Shown here: positions 1 to 19,001 of the stretch, piece by piece
How positions within the stretch are numbered: position 1 is the stretch's first letter
Layout: every line of letters starts with the position of its first letter
Origin: the human T2T-CHM13v2.0 reference genome, Homo sapiens
Reading direction: 5' to 3' (one strand)
Assembly: GCF_009914755.1 (NCBI RefSeq)
Contig: NC_060927.1
Length of the DNA stretch: 64,000 bases
Position numbers and translations under genes: made by a program
Notes under the pieces: generated by a model
Told to the model about the DNA's origin: nothing
Databases searched by the model: none
Seen by the model: the letters and a program-made list of their open reading frames with translations, nothing else

Positions 1-276
1 AGATGAAAAGCATGGGAACCGAGTTATAATACTTAGATCTGGCATTCAAGGACTTGCTTAAGGAGGACTGGGGCCAGAATCCTAACTGGGGCCAAGTGAA
101 TGGCACCGGTCGACAGGCTTAAAGAAGGGCAGGAGCAACAAGACAAGGTCATTATATTTACTCTTACCTTCTATTAATCTTCAATTATTTCCATTTTTGC
201 TCAACTAATTTTCTGGAAATATCAGTAAGGCCTAGAATGGTAATACAGCCAGTATATCTAAAGATGGGAGGCAAAG

Positions 277-664
277 TGTCACCAGTTGGGTTCTCTAGAA
301 GCAGACACTTGAGATGGAGTTTGAGTTTCCAAGATTTATTGGGATTCCAAGGGAGGACGTAGGATTGAACAGAGGGAGAAGTCAAACTGCAGCACATCCC
401 TGACAAAACCTTAGCCAATGTGAAGGGGAGCTCTGGAGGAAATATTGTTGATCATAATTGTTCATGTCAGGTCAAAGTGGCCAAGCTTCTATACCCCTGT
501 CTTGCTCTGTCACCATATGCAGCCTATCCTATAAAGGTATGACCTCAGAAAACTTGGCTCTCTATAGATGAGCCCAACCCTTCAGGAGTTGATGGCAGGA
601 AGTTTATGCTGACCACCTCACAACTGAAAGGGAAACTGAGTGGTGCATCTCTGTATTATTCATA
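277..664 (-). mobile_element. 3' LTR of the provirus (LTR16-like)
   Basis: Starts TGTC right after the TSD, abuts the PPT, and carries AATAAA on the minus strand (tttatt near 335). Confidence 0.8.
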
Positions 665-880
665 GTCCACCCTTTGCACTGCTCAAATCCACTTCTCATA
701 TGCATTTAGGGAACATCTATTCAAGGATTCTATTGGGTCTCTCTACTTAAATGGAAGTTCATTAGAGAGTCTCATGGGATGAATTGTGTCCACCCAAAAT
801 TCATATGTTGAAGCTTTAAACCCCAATACCTCAGAAAATAACCATATATTTCTAGATAAGTTCTTTAAAGAGGCAAGTAA

Positions 881-1063
<183 letters not shown>

Positions 1064-1253
1064 AATTTGGACACAGACATGCATGTTCACAGAGGAAAGA
1101 CTATATGAGAACACAGCAAGAAGGTGACAATCTGCAAACCAAGAAGAGAGACCTCAGAAAAAAGCAAACATACTGACACCTTGATCTGGGACCTCTAGCC
1201 TACAGAAAAGTAAGAAAATAAATTTCTATTGTTTAGGCACCCAGTCTGTGGGA

Positions 1254-1593
1254 CAGTCATCCCTCCATATCTGCAGGTTCCATATCCCTGGTTCCACACC
1301 GTAGATTCAACCAATCACGAATCGAAGATATTTGGGGGAAAAAATAAAATATAAAATAACACAACTATTAAAAGTAATACAAATAAAAACAATACAACAA
1401 CTATTTACATAGAATATACATTGTATTAGGTACTATAAGGAGTCTAGAGATGATTTAAAGTATACAAGAGAATGTGCATAGGTTATATGCAAATATTGCG
1501 CCATTTTATATAAGGAATTTGAGCATCCACAGATGTTGGTATCCTTGGTTCTTCCTAAAACTAATCTCCTGGGTTTGGTTTCAGGGATGACTG
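1254..1593 (-). mobile_element. MER2-like Tigger MITE
   Basis: Perfect 11-bp TIR CAGTCATCCCT (1254-1264) / AGGGATGACTG (1583-1593). Inserted at a TA of the MLT1; the right TA is retained. Confidence 0.85.
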
Positions 1594-1919
1594 TATTTTG
1601 TTATGGCAGGCCAAGTAAACTAATATAGACGGAGATAGTAGGATGAACTACAGCCCTGCCACTGCGGTTGGTCTCAGGACCACAGTGGATCCTCACTGTC
1701 TCCCTCCTCCACTTTCTATTCTAGATTCTTCTCATCTTCAGCTAGCACCTCTGCAGGTTTCAGTGGCTTCCTCTGGTGGATTGACCAAGACACTCATGCT
1801 CAAGTCCCTCAAGCCACTGGTTACCATACCCTTCCCAGGTTGGGCTTACTCTTCCTGTTCACTTTCAGTCACAATTGGTCAAGGGAGCACCAAAAGGAAC
1901 CCAAGTGAATCAGCTGAGT

Positions 1920-2170
1920 TTCATGTAATGTCCTCTCTGATTACGTTAGTAACAACAGGCTACATCCTCTTGGTAATCAGGAAGTCACCATGCCAAGACA
2001 GTAACTCTTTTTCTGTACTGCTGATCCCCAGACACAAGGATGCCAAAGTGCCCAAGCAGCAGCCATAATAGCACAATAGCTTAAAATTAAATGGGACCCT
2101 TACTATGCCCTCCAGTGAAAGTGGGTACTCTGGAAACTAGGGCTTCTGACCTTAGAGAGCCCAGAGTCTC
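1920..2170 (-). pseudogene. ERVL dUTPase remnant
   Basis: Minus strand reads like ERVL dUTPase segments (GHFG..L, K.VTVLA, DYQE) with frameshifts, located after integrase as in ERVL. Confidence 0.55.
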
Positions 2171-3927
2171 AAGGACTTGAATCACAAAGTCCCTCAGTAG
2201 ATCCTTGGGAGTGATGGTAAGTGGGGTCATTCCTGCTTCTATTTATTTGTTCAAAGACCCATGTGTTCTTCCTACTGGAGACATAGCAACCTATTTTAAA
2301 AGTCTTTGATTCCATGCATACACTGTGTCTTGAAGGATGGCACTCTGTCCTCAAAGGATATTACCTAATAGTTGGAGTTTGGCTATTTCTTCAGCAGGCT
2401 GCTCCAATGCTTTATCAGGCCGTCAGCACATGAATGGCCCAATATGTGAAATGATCAGTGTGTTCCTTGGTCATGGGCCCACTCCTGTACTTTCTTTGTT
2501 GTAAAATGGATCCCCTGGTGTGACACAGTATGCGGGGCTTGAGTCAGTGGATCAAAATCTATAGACCGTCAGGTAGTGGTGCAGCTTGAAGCTCTACAGA
2601 CAGGAAAGCCAAACCTATACACAGAATAAGTGTTTGTTCCTGTGAAAAACAACCTCTGGCTCTTCCTGGAAGGAAGGAACCCAATGGCCTCAACAGCCTG
2701 CCTTCAAGTAGCTAGTTGGCCTCCTCAAGGGATGGTGCCTTCAGGAGCTCAGAATTAGTGTCTGTTGGTGGCAGGTTGATTTTATGTTGTGCAATAACTA
2801 TATCAGTCTTGACAAATAGGAGTCCCTGCTGTCGGGCCAATAGGTAGTCTCCACCTTGGCCATCATGGCCAGTTTGTTCACGTGCTCATCATGCAGGTGG
2901 CCGATGACAGAGAATGGCTCTTTTCAATGGACTGGGTCATTTGGCTTACCTGGGTTGTTTAGTGCTTCCTCTATAGCAAACACTTTCTGGTGAGTGATAA
3001 AATGTGATACAAAGATCTTCACACTTTTGCCCACTCCCATATGTCCTTTTACATGCCCTTCTTCCAGATGTTCTTATTCGCAGTCTTCTAATATTTTCCT
3101 TACAGTCCCTTGACCTGCTGGTCAGGCCATTCGCCACTGCTCATGAGTGGTAGTCTTACCTTAGACACTTATCTTTCCATGAAAAGTGGATTCCAGGTCT
3201 ACCACCCAAAACTATGGCCATTGGGAAAATATTCTGTCACCACTGTCTTTCAAGGCAACACATAAGAAAGGTTAAAGTGCAGCTACTATCCCTTTTAGCC
3301 TGTGTGCATCTACCATGCCAACCTCTTCATACACAAAGATCAAGATTTTTCTCCTATTTCAGCTGGTTGGACATGATCCTCCATACAGGTCACAGTTCTA
3401 GTAAAACAGTGACGGGTGTGCTGGGGGTCAGTTTGCTTGCATCCTCTCGTCCTACTCATTCTGGTCCCAGATATACAAGTTCCATGTTACAAAAAATTAT
3501 CGTTGAGACCACCCGACCTATGGCCTGGTGGGTCCGACAGGGCACAATTCATGAGGAGCAGTTCCAGCCTTGTAGTCATATGGTGGCTCATGGTCAAGCA
3601 GTCTGTCTTTACCAGAGCTTAGTGGCACAACAGAAGTTGCTTTTTGAAAGACATATAATTTTCTGCTATAGATGACATAGCTTTGCTCCAGAAATCCAGG
3701 GGCTGTGTTATGATTCTCCTACTGGAGCTTGTCACAAACTCCACAGAGCATCTTTTCCTATCACCAATATCTCCATCTCCAACATCATAGGGTCTGCTGA
3801 ACTGTCGAGCTGAAAGGTGCAGCGCCCTTTTCAGCTCTGGGGCCTATTAAATCTAGCAGTCTTTTATGCTACTCAGTGTATATACCAGATAAGTATCTCT
3901 TGATGTGGAATATCCTGCCTCTAAAAC

Positions 3928-4491
3928 CTAAAGAGTCCCACCAGGTGTTGTGTTTACTTCTTTTTGGTAGATGATGCAGGACGCAATAATCTTTTTACTT
4001 TGAATGGGATATCCCAGCAATCCCCTAATCATTAGACTCCTAAGTATTTTACAGATGTGGCAAGCTGTTGGATCTTCACAGGGCTTATCTCCCATTTCTG
4101 GAGCACCTGTGTTTACCAAACACTCCAACTTGTTGTCCAGGCTGATCAGCACAATGCCACTGAAGTAATGGACCAATGTGATGCTCTGCAGAATGCTTAA
4201 AAGGTCTAGATCTCTTCGGGCCATATTATGACAGAGAGTGGGAGAGTTAGAAAAACCCTGGGGGGAAGCTATCAAGTATATTGTTGGGTTTTTCCATGTG
4301 AATACAAACTGTTTCTGGTCCTCATTTCTGGTTGGGATAGAAAAGAATACATTGGCCAAATTCCTGTTCCGCATCATGTACCTGAGGTCATATCCATTTT
4401 TTCTAACAAAGATACCAGATCTGACACAGGGGCTGCAATCAGGTCCATCACTTGGTTGAGCTGAAGATAGTCCATTGTCATCATCCAACAT
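3928..4491 (-). pseudogene. ERVL pol reverse-transcriptase remnant, catalytically dead
   Basis: ORF contains LANVFFSIP..EDQKQFVFTW..PQGFSNSPTLCHNMARRDLD..ITLVHYFSG, matching ERVL RT. The YIDD catalytic motif reads YFSG. Confidence 0.9.
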
Positions 4492-4570
4492 TCATCCAGT
4501 TTCTCCAGGGGCCAAACTAGTGAATTAATTTGAGGCATTATGGAGACCACCTCTCATGACCCTATTAGAT

Positions 4571-4793
4571 CAGGAGTCGGCAAACTAAGGCCGAAAGACC
4601 AAATCCAGCCTGCCCCCTATTTATGTAACTAAAGCTTTACTGGAACACAGTGGCACCCATTCCTTTACACATTTTATGGCTATTTTTATGCTGCAGCAGC
4701 AAAGTTGGATAGTTGTGACAGAACATATGGCCCACAAAGTCTACATTATTTACTATCTGTCACTTTACAGAAAAAAGAATTTGCCAACTCCTG
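4571..4793. mobile_element. MER58A-like hAT-Charlie MITE inside pol
   Basis: TIRs CAGGAGTCGGCAAA / TTTGCCAACTCCTG; about 220 bp; typical internal ttactggaacacag. Confidence 0.8.
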
Positions 4794-4829
4794 CTATAGC
4801 TCCTTAAAGGTGACACTTATCTCCACAAT

Positions 4830-5130
4830 TCACCCTGGGATGCAATATTGATTTTGGTTTATGACTTGGCCATGGTATAATTGGATGATTTCAGAGATTT
4901 CCATGTGGCATTCTCTACTATGATACCTTTTACCCTTTCCTACCATGATAGCTCTTTCCCCAAAGACCAAAAACCCAATATTGAGGTTGTACAAACTGTC
5001 AAGTGTGTCAGTCACAATTATACATTCAGGAACTGAGTAAACGACTACTGAGTGAGTTCTCAGACCCAATGGATCCAATGTAAGATCCCACATGACCCTA
5101 CTCTAACAGAGGGTCAACAATGACATTTTA
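4830..5130 (-). pseudogene. ERVL protease remnant
   Basis: Minus strand GLLNTSSELTLIP (degenerate LLDTGSELTLIP, about 5080-5118) and ORF 4830-5093 LTLDPLGLRTHSVVVYSVPECII. Confidence 0.8.
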
Positions 5131-5769
5131 GGTCTCTAGGTATCAATGTCAACTCAGAGCTGGTGTTCAAAAGTCCTCAAACTATCAGAGTATTTCTCTT
5201 TCCCCACATTCAATTACCTGAGAAAGTGGCCGAAATCCCTTTGAGGAAAGAATCATTATAGTAAAAAATTGCCATAGTGTTGTAAGGACCTTCCTCCCAG
5301 AAACCTGGCCACTGCATCAGTCAATAGACTAGAAGTCTACAAACTGGCTGGTGTCTGGAAACTAGGAAGTGAACATAACTTTTTATTGGAGCAATCACCT
5401 TCAGCCTTCTAATTATCCATCTTTGATTTATGCTGCTAGTACAAGCTAAGTAGTACCTTTGTCAGATGTCCATTCGTTTAACCTCTTAGGACACCATATT
5501 CAATTCACCATCTCCATAACCCTCTGTGGAGCACGTCCTCTTGGCTTCCACTCTAACCTTACTGGTTGTTGCAATGACTGTAATTCCCCCATATTTTGGA
5601 GACTAAGCACCTCAACCTGACTACAGCTCTTTTACGGTCCTATCATCCCCATTGCCATCAGTGAGTCAAATTTTATAACATCTTTTATCATCGGCTCCAG
5701 CCTATAGGGGATAGCTACCACTGAACATCTTAGTGATGCCAAAGGCCCTCTCACCAATGCATTTCTTTT

Positions 5770-5951
5770 TTTTTTTTTTTAACTTTTGTTTTAGGTTCAG
5801 GGATACATGTGCAGGTTTGTTATACAGGTAAATCGTGTGTTGCAAGGGGTTGGTGTACAGATTATTTCATCACCCAGGTTAAAAGCATAGTACTTGACTG
5901 GTAGTTTTTTAATCCTCACCCTCCTCCCACCCTCCACCCTCAGGTAGGCCC
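5770..5951 (-). mobile_element. Short 3' fragment of an older L1P (about L1PA13-16) inside gag
   Basis: Poly-T plus L1 3' UTR. Diverged TSD ctcaccaatgcatttctttt (5750-5769) / ctcaccagcacatttctttt (5952-5971). Confidence 0.85.
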
Positions 5952-7201
5952 CTCACCAGCACATTTCTTTTGCTGTTCTTAAATGATGTGGCCTCATTTA
6001 AGAAGACCAAAAAGAATATGCTGGAACATAGCCATTTGGCTAGCCTTCCAGCTGTGCAAAGTATACCTATTCTAGCATGCCCACTTTCCTGAGCTGTTTA
6101 ATCCCTTTATCCACCATCTGCCAACGCAATTCTGGCATTTAAACTTTTCTAAGCATAGTGCATTGCTTCTTTCATGCTTCCAGGAGCCATCCTAGTAGCA
6201 AATTCTTACTTAGTCAGGGGTCCTTGCCAGGATGTTAAATCCTGAATGTCAGGAGAGTACTTCCAAGTCAACAAAGTCTTCCCTATTCAATTTATGTTCT
6301 GGGCCCCCTGATCAAACACTCTCAGAATGTAGTCCCAGGATACATTGACTACATCTTGCAGCCTTTTAAAAGTAGAATATTTTTGCTTCCTTATCAGGAC
6401 CAGCACATTCTCAGCTGGGATGTACTGAGACCAACCCTGCTTATAGGCCTAATCCCCAAGAGGGGAAGTAGGAGTGGATTCTGAGGGGGTGGTACCCACT
6501 GCCTTTTGGAGAAGAGGTGTCTGCATCCTCTTCCAGCACAGAGGAGTGCTAGCACTTACCAGAGAGTGTTCAGCCACTTTTGCAGCCTCAGAAGTTTCAA
6601 GGCAGTCTAGGAAGCCAAAATGCTTAGAAGCATTGCCCAGATGTCTTTATCTCATGTGTCAGAGTCCTAGGATTTCCTAATCAGGGCCCTAACTCCGGCA
6701 TAACAGATCTGCTTTAAGTGGACATTTAACTTTCTTTGATATTCAGCCACTGAACCTATAAGGTTCTAAGCTTGATCCTTGGCTTCCTCTTGTTCTTCAA
6801 GCAAGACAAGGGGGCTTCTTTGTATATAACCAAGGAGACTCTTTGGCTTTCACACCTGCCTTTCAATTGCCTGCTACTTGTCCTGCACTGTTCATTATCT
6901 TAGTGTAGGCTATCACTGGCACTTAGCAATAGCTATCCAATACTGTTACCCTTAGAGCTCCTGTTTCTTCATACCTTTCAAACAGCCTGACACATCTTGT
7001 CTGCTAGTATATTCCTTTCCACTGTACAATACCCCCAATTCACCACTGTTTAACAGTTGGACCTCCATCTTATACCAGATGCTGTCTGTGATCACCCACC
7101 AACAGTGATAAGCTCCTCACTACAGACAGGTGGTGAATAATCCTACTCCAAAACGGTATCTCATTGCCGACACTCTTTAACCAGCCATTACTGGTACCAA
7201 C

Positions 7202-7542
7202 CATTCCAGCTTGGGTTCTCTGGAAGCAGATGGGGAGACAAAATTTAAGGTGTAAGGTGCTCATTGGGGACCAATACCTTTGAAAGGAAGGGGTGAAAGC
7301 AGGATTAGCTTACAATGCAGGTCTGATTGGGCTGGAAATGTTGGGCCTTTATACTGCCACCTTGTTAAATCACTGGATGTTGGCTGTTAGGGAAGTTGTA
7401 ACCTCAGCTATTTACAGCTGAGGCCAACCCTTGAAGGTACTCACAACTGACAGTCACCTGCTAACCACACTTCCTGGTACACCCAGAAAGCAAGTCCTTC
7501 ATTGAAGAGGAATCTGGGTGGTTCATGCCCAGGTCTACTGCA
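7202..7542 (-). mobile_element. 5' LTR of the provirus (LTR16-like)
   Basis: Homologous to 277-664. Ends in CA immediately before the TSD CAAAG and abuts the TTGGTACCAG leader. Confidence 0.8.
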
Positions 7543-7547
7543 CAAAG

Positions 7548-8409
<862 letters not shown>

Positions 8410-9019
8410 GATGGATCCTGGCTAAGCATTTCCCAGGTGTAGGTTGCTCATAGGGAAAAATTGTCCACTTTGGAGGAGACTCAGCTATGTTATACAATGA
8501 CTGTATTGGATCTCTAGCTAAAACGATATTGCCTTAAAATCATATTCTCATCATAGCACTAAGATGGTCAGAGCTTTGGCTGGGGCATTAACTTGAACCT
8601 TTCTTGAATGTCCAGGGATGCCAGCCTGGAATGTAGGTGTGGGTTCCTTTATCCCTGATCATTCTAGGCCTGTGATAACCTATAACTACTAGGATGACTC
8701 CCTACCAAGTCTCCCCTCCAGAAGCCACCTTTCGCTTGCAATGTCCTGGCTTTCAGATGCTGCTCTGGTAACAGCCTCTTCCCCTAGATTGTTAAGATTT
8801 TCTTCACCAGTGGTGGAGTCCCAGGATGTCCTTTCTAGGCACGCATGAGAATAAGCAAAATATTTAGTCTTCACTTTCTTTTTTCTCTTTTGTTTGTTTC
8901 TTTTTTTTTTCCTTTTTTGCCAGCGATATGACTATTTTTCATCTACTACAAATTCTTTAAGTTCTGATGCCTAAATTTGATTTTCTGTTTTACGGTAGCA
9001 TTTGTAATTAAGTTTCAAA

Positions 9020-9125
9020 CTTTGAATCAGCTTCCAGATGCAAACCTACCACTCATCTTTTGTGTGATCTTGAAAAAACAATTTGCCCTCCCTGAGACTC
9101 AGTTTCCTCATCTGTTAAATGAGTG
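9020..9125 (+). mobile_element. MIR fragment
   Basis: Core tgtgtgatcttg...ctcagtttcctcatctgttaaatg. Confidence 0.7.
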
Positions 9126-9161
9126 CCAGTTTTAGCCGATCATCTGCAACTTACCTTTGCG

Positions 9162-9229
9162 GGGGCGGGGCGAAGGGGGGATTGTTTGTCCTATTGCATC
9201 CGTAAGTTGCTACTGCCCTCTAGTGGTCA
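9162..9229 (-). promoter_or_regulatory. CTCF motif (reverse orientation) with nearby GC box
   Basis: 9213-9226 reads CCACTAGAGGGCAG on the minus strand (CTCF core consensus); GGGGCGGGGC at 9162-9171. Confidence 0.7.
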
Positions 9230-10019
9230 TAAGATGATTTGATTTCCTCCAAGAAAGTAGCCCCGGGGCCTGAAGGCTTCCTGGAAACATGAAATGCAAT
9301 CTTCAGAACTCAACCATGTAACAGGCGAGCTGTATTGTCACATCCTATTAGGATGCCACAGGGAAGGGCAAACTAAGAAAAATGCAAACATTAGGTGAAC
9401 TGTGGGATAAATGTCTAATTTAAAACAGAGAATAAATAAATCTCACAACTACCATCACAAACTTGGCAATACCTTAAAGGTGTCAGTGACATAAAATAAG
9501 CCAAAACTGGTAGGCAAACTCTATGTTCTTTGTAAGATTTCAGAATCCTCTCTGGTATATCTTAGCATGTACCAAGATTGGGAATCAGAACTAAAACAGC
9601 TTTCAACTTATCCTTGCTATACAGTGGCTCCTTTGTTGTCCATTTTCATAGCCCTAACCACCTTGCACATGGTCTAATATTTAGGAGACATTTAGTCAAC
9701 TTTATGCAGAAGGAAAATAAATCCACACAGTTGCATATGTCAAATTGCTCATCCCATAGGGAGAATATTAACAGCTGATATTTAATAAGGACTTAACTCT
9801 GTGCCAAGCATTTAATATGCAATCACTCATTGAATTCTTATGACACTCCTATGAAATAGATGTAATGATTACCATAACCTCTTTACTATAAGGAAACTGC
9901 CCAGGCTCATAGCAGAATTGCATTCACTCCCCTCTTGAAGTCAGGCATCACCACGTGATTCCAGTGAGCCAATGAAGTGTGAGTGGAAGTGGCCTCGGTT
10001 CAGGCCCCCATGATAGCAT

Positions 10020-10558
<539 letters not shown>

Positions 10559-12199
10559 AAATTGTCAGGATTTTAAGAAAAGCTATGCATTTATATTAGG
10601 AATATTTTTGAAGTTGTTTAAAGGTGAAAGAAGGAATTTCTATGGCACAAATGAAGAACATGGGAAAGACCCAATGCAGAGCACGTACTTATGTTAAAAC
10701 AAGTTGTCAGCATGTTCTTCCCAATTTGACAGGACTCTTGATAGCAGCTCAGCTACACCTTTGGAAACCCTGAGGGCACCAGCTTGGTTTATAGGCTGCT
10801 TACTGGGCTCTGCTGACTCACATATTCCCCTTGTCAATGCTGCATCTACTCTGAGCCTGGCACTGATGGCCAACAACAAGCCTGAGAAGCAGTGTCCCAT
10901 CCAGAGGAGACACATGCATTTGTAGAAAGCATAGCTGGTGGAGAAGTAGAGATGGGACAGGGAATCAAGCAGCCTCTGATGAGAGGCACCACTGTCAGAG
11001 AGCTCCAACCTCACAGACATCCACACCAGGTCAGATGAAGAGGAATTCCTGGGCTGGCTTCCCACAGAAATGGGGGAGTAGCACTATCCCCAGGCATCCC
11101 CCAGCGCTGTGCCATCTGTCAGAACCACAGACACTTCCACCATCAAGGAGAGCTAGAAAGAGGGAATGTGGTAGTGCGAGTCAACATCCGCCAGGCACAT
11201 GCCTGTTTATTCCTGACACTTTAAGGCAATGTTCTGCAGAAGTAGCTCCAGCCTGCTTGGTGCAGCCCAGCCCAGCAAGTGCACAAGTAGTGAAGCCAAA
11301 AGTCACTCAATTTTAATCCTACTTGACCCTGGGACTCAAGTTTCACTATGTGCTTATTAATGCTGGAGAAGTACCTCACTGGCATCTGAAGACAGAAGGA
11401 ACAAAGTGGCAACAAAATACTCAATGTTAAAGCAAGCACATTGACCCACAGAGGTCTTTACATGCAGCTGAGCCATCATCCTCATCTTCAAAGAAGGTGA
11501 TTAGGGATCTCACACTGGGCAACTTGCACCTAAAAGGGTCTACTGCTGGCAAAGGCTATCTAGATCAACTTCCTGCTGTGAAATTCAGATGGCAATGGCT
11601 ATCTGCAGGCTAAATGAAGAGGAACCCTGACAAGCTGTGTGTCCCTAGGAGGGAGATGGGTCCAGAGGCTATTCCCCTGCCCAAAAGTGGGTTCTTGGAT
11701 ACAGTGCCCCAGGGCTCAGCTTAGGGCAAAACTTAGAGTTAACCTCAAAAATTGTTCCTGGAAATGACACTAATAATCATATCTTCTACTTAAAATCATT
11801 GTACTAGGCACTTTACATTACTTCATTTAATTCTCACTGCATTTAATATCTTCAGCTTCCACATATGAAAACTAAGGTTCTGAAACGTTAACTTGTCCGA
11901 AATCAAACAGCCAGTGAGTAGTAAAGAAATTCCAAATTATGTTCCTAGCCACAGTATCTGAAATTATGCCTGTGCTGGAAATATGGTAATGGGTCCAGGA
12001 AAGAAACTATCTTTCTCCAGTCAGACATCAGAAAGCACTGAAAGTCTCTAAGGAACATCCTTAGCTTGCAGAAATGCAAACAGAGCATTTTTCAGAGAAG
12101 TTTGGAAAATTAATAAGTAGAAACTTGAGGAAGGTCTTCTCTCATGCTTCATGACTGAGGGCTTTGGAGTGGGACTCAAGATGAATAACTATAGAAGTC

Positions 12200-12460
12200 C
12201 TAGCAGTCGTAGTAGCAGCTATCAGTGAGGGCCTATTTAGATGTCATGCCGAGCATTCTTCTAAGCCCTTTACACGTACTGACTATTTAATCCTGTCTAC
12301 AACTCAGTGAGGGTGGTGCTATTATTATCCTTATGTTACAAATGAAGAAACTAAGGTACAGATCATTTAAAAACTTGTCCAGATCATACCACTGTGCTGG
12401 ATTTCCTGGATTTAAACCCAGGTGGTCTGGCTCTGAAGCCTGCAAACACAACCACTACAC
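12200..12460 (-). mobile_element. MIR
   Basis: attattatcc..ttacaaatgaagaaactaagg..ggatttaaacccaggtggtctggctctgaagcc. Confidence 0.7.
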
Positions 12461-12580
12461 TGCATGTTGACATGGAATAGCAGTAGAGACCTGACCAGAG
12501 TGCCAGGATAGCAAAGGGCAGTTTGGAAGACTCATGAGGAATGGCTAGTGACACTTCTGGTTCAGGAGAATTACACCCTC

Positions 12581-13388
12581 TGCATCAGTTTCCTATTGCT
12601 GCTGTAACAAATTACACCAACTTAGTGGCTTAAAACAATACTCAATTATCATCTTACAGTTCCTATAGGTCAATCACAGTGTGGATGAATAGGTGGTTTC
12701 AATAGCTCCAGCACAGTATGGATGAATATGTGGTTTCTATAGCTCCAGCACAGTGTGGATGAATAGGTGGTTTCTATAGCTCCAGCACAGTGTGGATGAA
12801 TAGGTGGTTTCTATAGCTCCAGCACAGTGTGGATGAATAGGTGGTTTCTATAGGTCCAACACAGTGTGGATGAATAGATGGTTTCTATAGGTCCAACACA
12901 GTGTGAATGGATAGATGGTTTCTACAGGTCCAACACAGTGTGGATGAATTCTCTACTCAGGGTCTCACCAGTCTAAAATCAGGGGGCTCTGATTCTCATC
13001 TGGAGCTCGAGGTCCTCTTCCAAGCTCACTGATGTTAGCAGAATTCAGTCCCTAGTGGTTGTAGGACTGAAGTCCCCATTTCCTTGTCACAGGGCCACGT
13101 TCGCCTTCAAACAGCAATAGCATATGCAATTCTTTTCATGCTTCAAATATCTGGCTCTGATTTCTCCTGCCACATTTCTCTGACTTCCATTTTGGCCTTC
13201 CTCTTGTGCCACCAGCCAAAGAAAGTTCTCTGCTTTTAGGGACTCATATGATTAAATTAGACTCAATTAGATAATCCAGGATAATCTCCCCTATTTTAAG
13301 GTCCATTGATTGATAACCTTAATTATGTTTCACCCCATGGCATAACACCAGAGTCTGAAAGCCAGGGGCCAACATTCTGCTCACCACA
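12581..13388 (-). mobile_element. MaLR LTR (MLT1D/E-like) containing a minisatellite
   Basis: Starts tcagtttcctattgctgctgtaacaaattac and ends attctgctcaccaca. Confidence 0.75.
12675..12949. repeat. 37-bp minisatellite, about 7.4 copies
   Basis: Unit CACAGTGTGGATGAATAGGTGGTTTCTATAGCTCCAG starting at 12675, 12712, 12749, 12786, 12823, 12860, 12897, with a partial copy at 12934. Confidence 0.97.
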
Positions 13389-14056
13389 CCCTTCCATGCC
13401 TGGATTCCTGTGACTCTTAGCCCAGGGAACCCAGGTTGAGCCTTATTTGCTAATAACCATTTCCTTCTTGACTTTCTCCATGAAAACAAGGACAATGTTT
13501 GTCTTGTGCATCACTATATCCCTGCACCAACACAATGCCCAGCACATAGTAGATACTCAACAAACACCTTCTGGCTGAATGGCTGACTGATCCTAACAAT
13601 CATCATCAGTAATCTACCAACTGTCATTTGCTTTTGGTGACTGAGAGAAAAAAAATAATTTACCTCCATACATCAACTTTTGCATCTTCTCCCTTTCCCA
13701 TAGTAGAATGAACAGATTTATTTCTTCAAAAAAATCAAGCATTGGCAAGAAAGTAAAATTATACGAGTGGCTGGAATACCCTAAATCACTCCTGGTAAAT
13801 CTTTCTCCATGAGTTAATTCACCAGGTTTTTCTTGAAATGGCTTGCCTGCCTGCATCTGCAGATGGCAAAAAATAAACCCAAAATAAGATGGTGGAGTTA
13901 ATGCCAATATATTAAGCATCATAATACATGTAAGCAGATTACATTTACCAATTAAAGTATAAAGATTATAAGAATTTTTTAAAGATCAACCTAAAATAAA
14001 ACCAAAAGAAAGATGAAAAATAAAGGAATCCAAAAAGATATGTCATACAAATATTA

Positions 14057-14347
<291 letters not shown>

Positions 14348-14388
14348 CTAAGCAAGTAATATTAATTGCATCAAAAATGATGTTTAAG

Positions 14389-18362
<3,974 letters not shown>

Positions 18363-18509
18363 GATGTTTAAGACTAATAGAAACAAAAAGGAGCACAACA
18401 TAATAATAAAAGGCATATTCAAACAACATCCATATATAGAGGGGGAAAAAAAAGAGAGAAACAGAGACATAAAGAGAATAAGAGCTGCAAATATGCACCC
18501 AACGACATG

Positions 18510-19001
18510 GGCTCTGAGGCAGATTTTGTTTTCCAAACCAGTAAGATGCAGCAGCAGTAATACTAGGAAACTTCCAAGGGGCAAGGTCAGAAGAAACCTT
18601 ACAACCTCTGCCTTGGTCTCTTGGAATTCTTCCCCTCCAGATACACCCTCTGGGGTGCTCCTTCAGAAGGCAGCTGCCACGTTGTGAGAAGGCCAAGACC
18701 TTGGTGAGGGGGGTGGCGTGTGGAGGTGCCCTGGACATCAGATTCAGCCTTTGAATCTCTCCAGGTAAGGTCCTAGACATGCAAGACATGCAAGTGAAGA
18801 AGTCTCCAGATGGTTCCAGTGTCCACCCACTAAGAACACCTCTAGCAATTTGCATCTTCCCAACTGAAGCCCCACACACGGTGGAGCAGAAAGAAACCAT
18901 TTCTGCTGTTCTCTGCTCAAATTCTTGACTCAGAATCCATGAGCGTAACAAAAGTGGTGGTTGTGTTATGCCACACAGATATGCTACCTAGATAACCAGA
19001 A
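18510..19001 (+). mobile_element. MaLR LTR (MLT1G/H-like)
   Basis: gctgccacgttgtgagaagg.., caaattcttgactcagaatccatgagc.., terminal agataaccagaaca. Confidence 0.65.

Noticed and set aside
1643-3675. + strand ORFs of 141 aa and 153 aa
   Set aside because: They are antisense to decayed ERV pol/dUTPase sequence and have no recognisable protein features.
5200-7190. Possible domesticated ERVL gag gene
   Set aside because: No long minus-strand ORF, and the region is interrupted by an L1 fragment.
12675-12949. CRISPR-like array of 37-bp repeats
   Set aside because: Units are head-to-tail with no unique spacers and the context is eukaryotic; it is a minisatellite.
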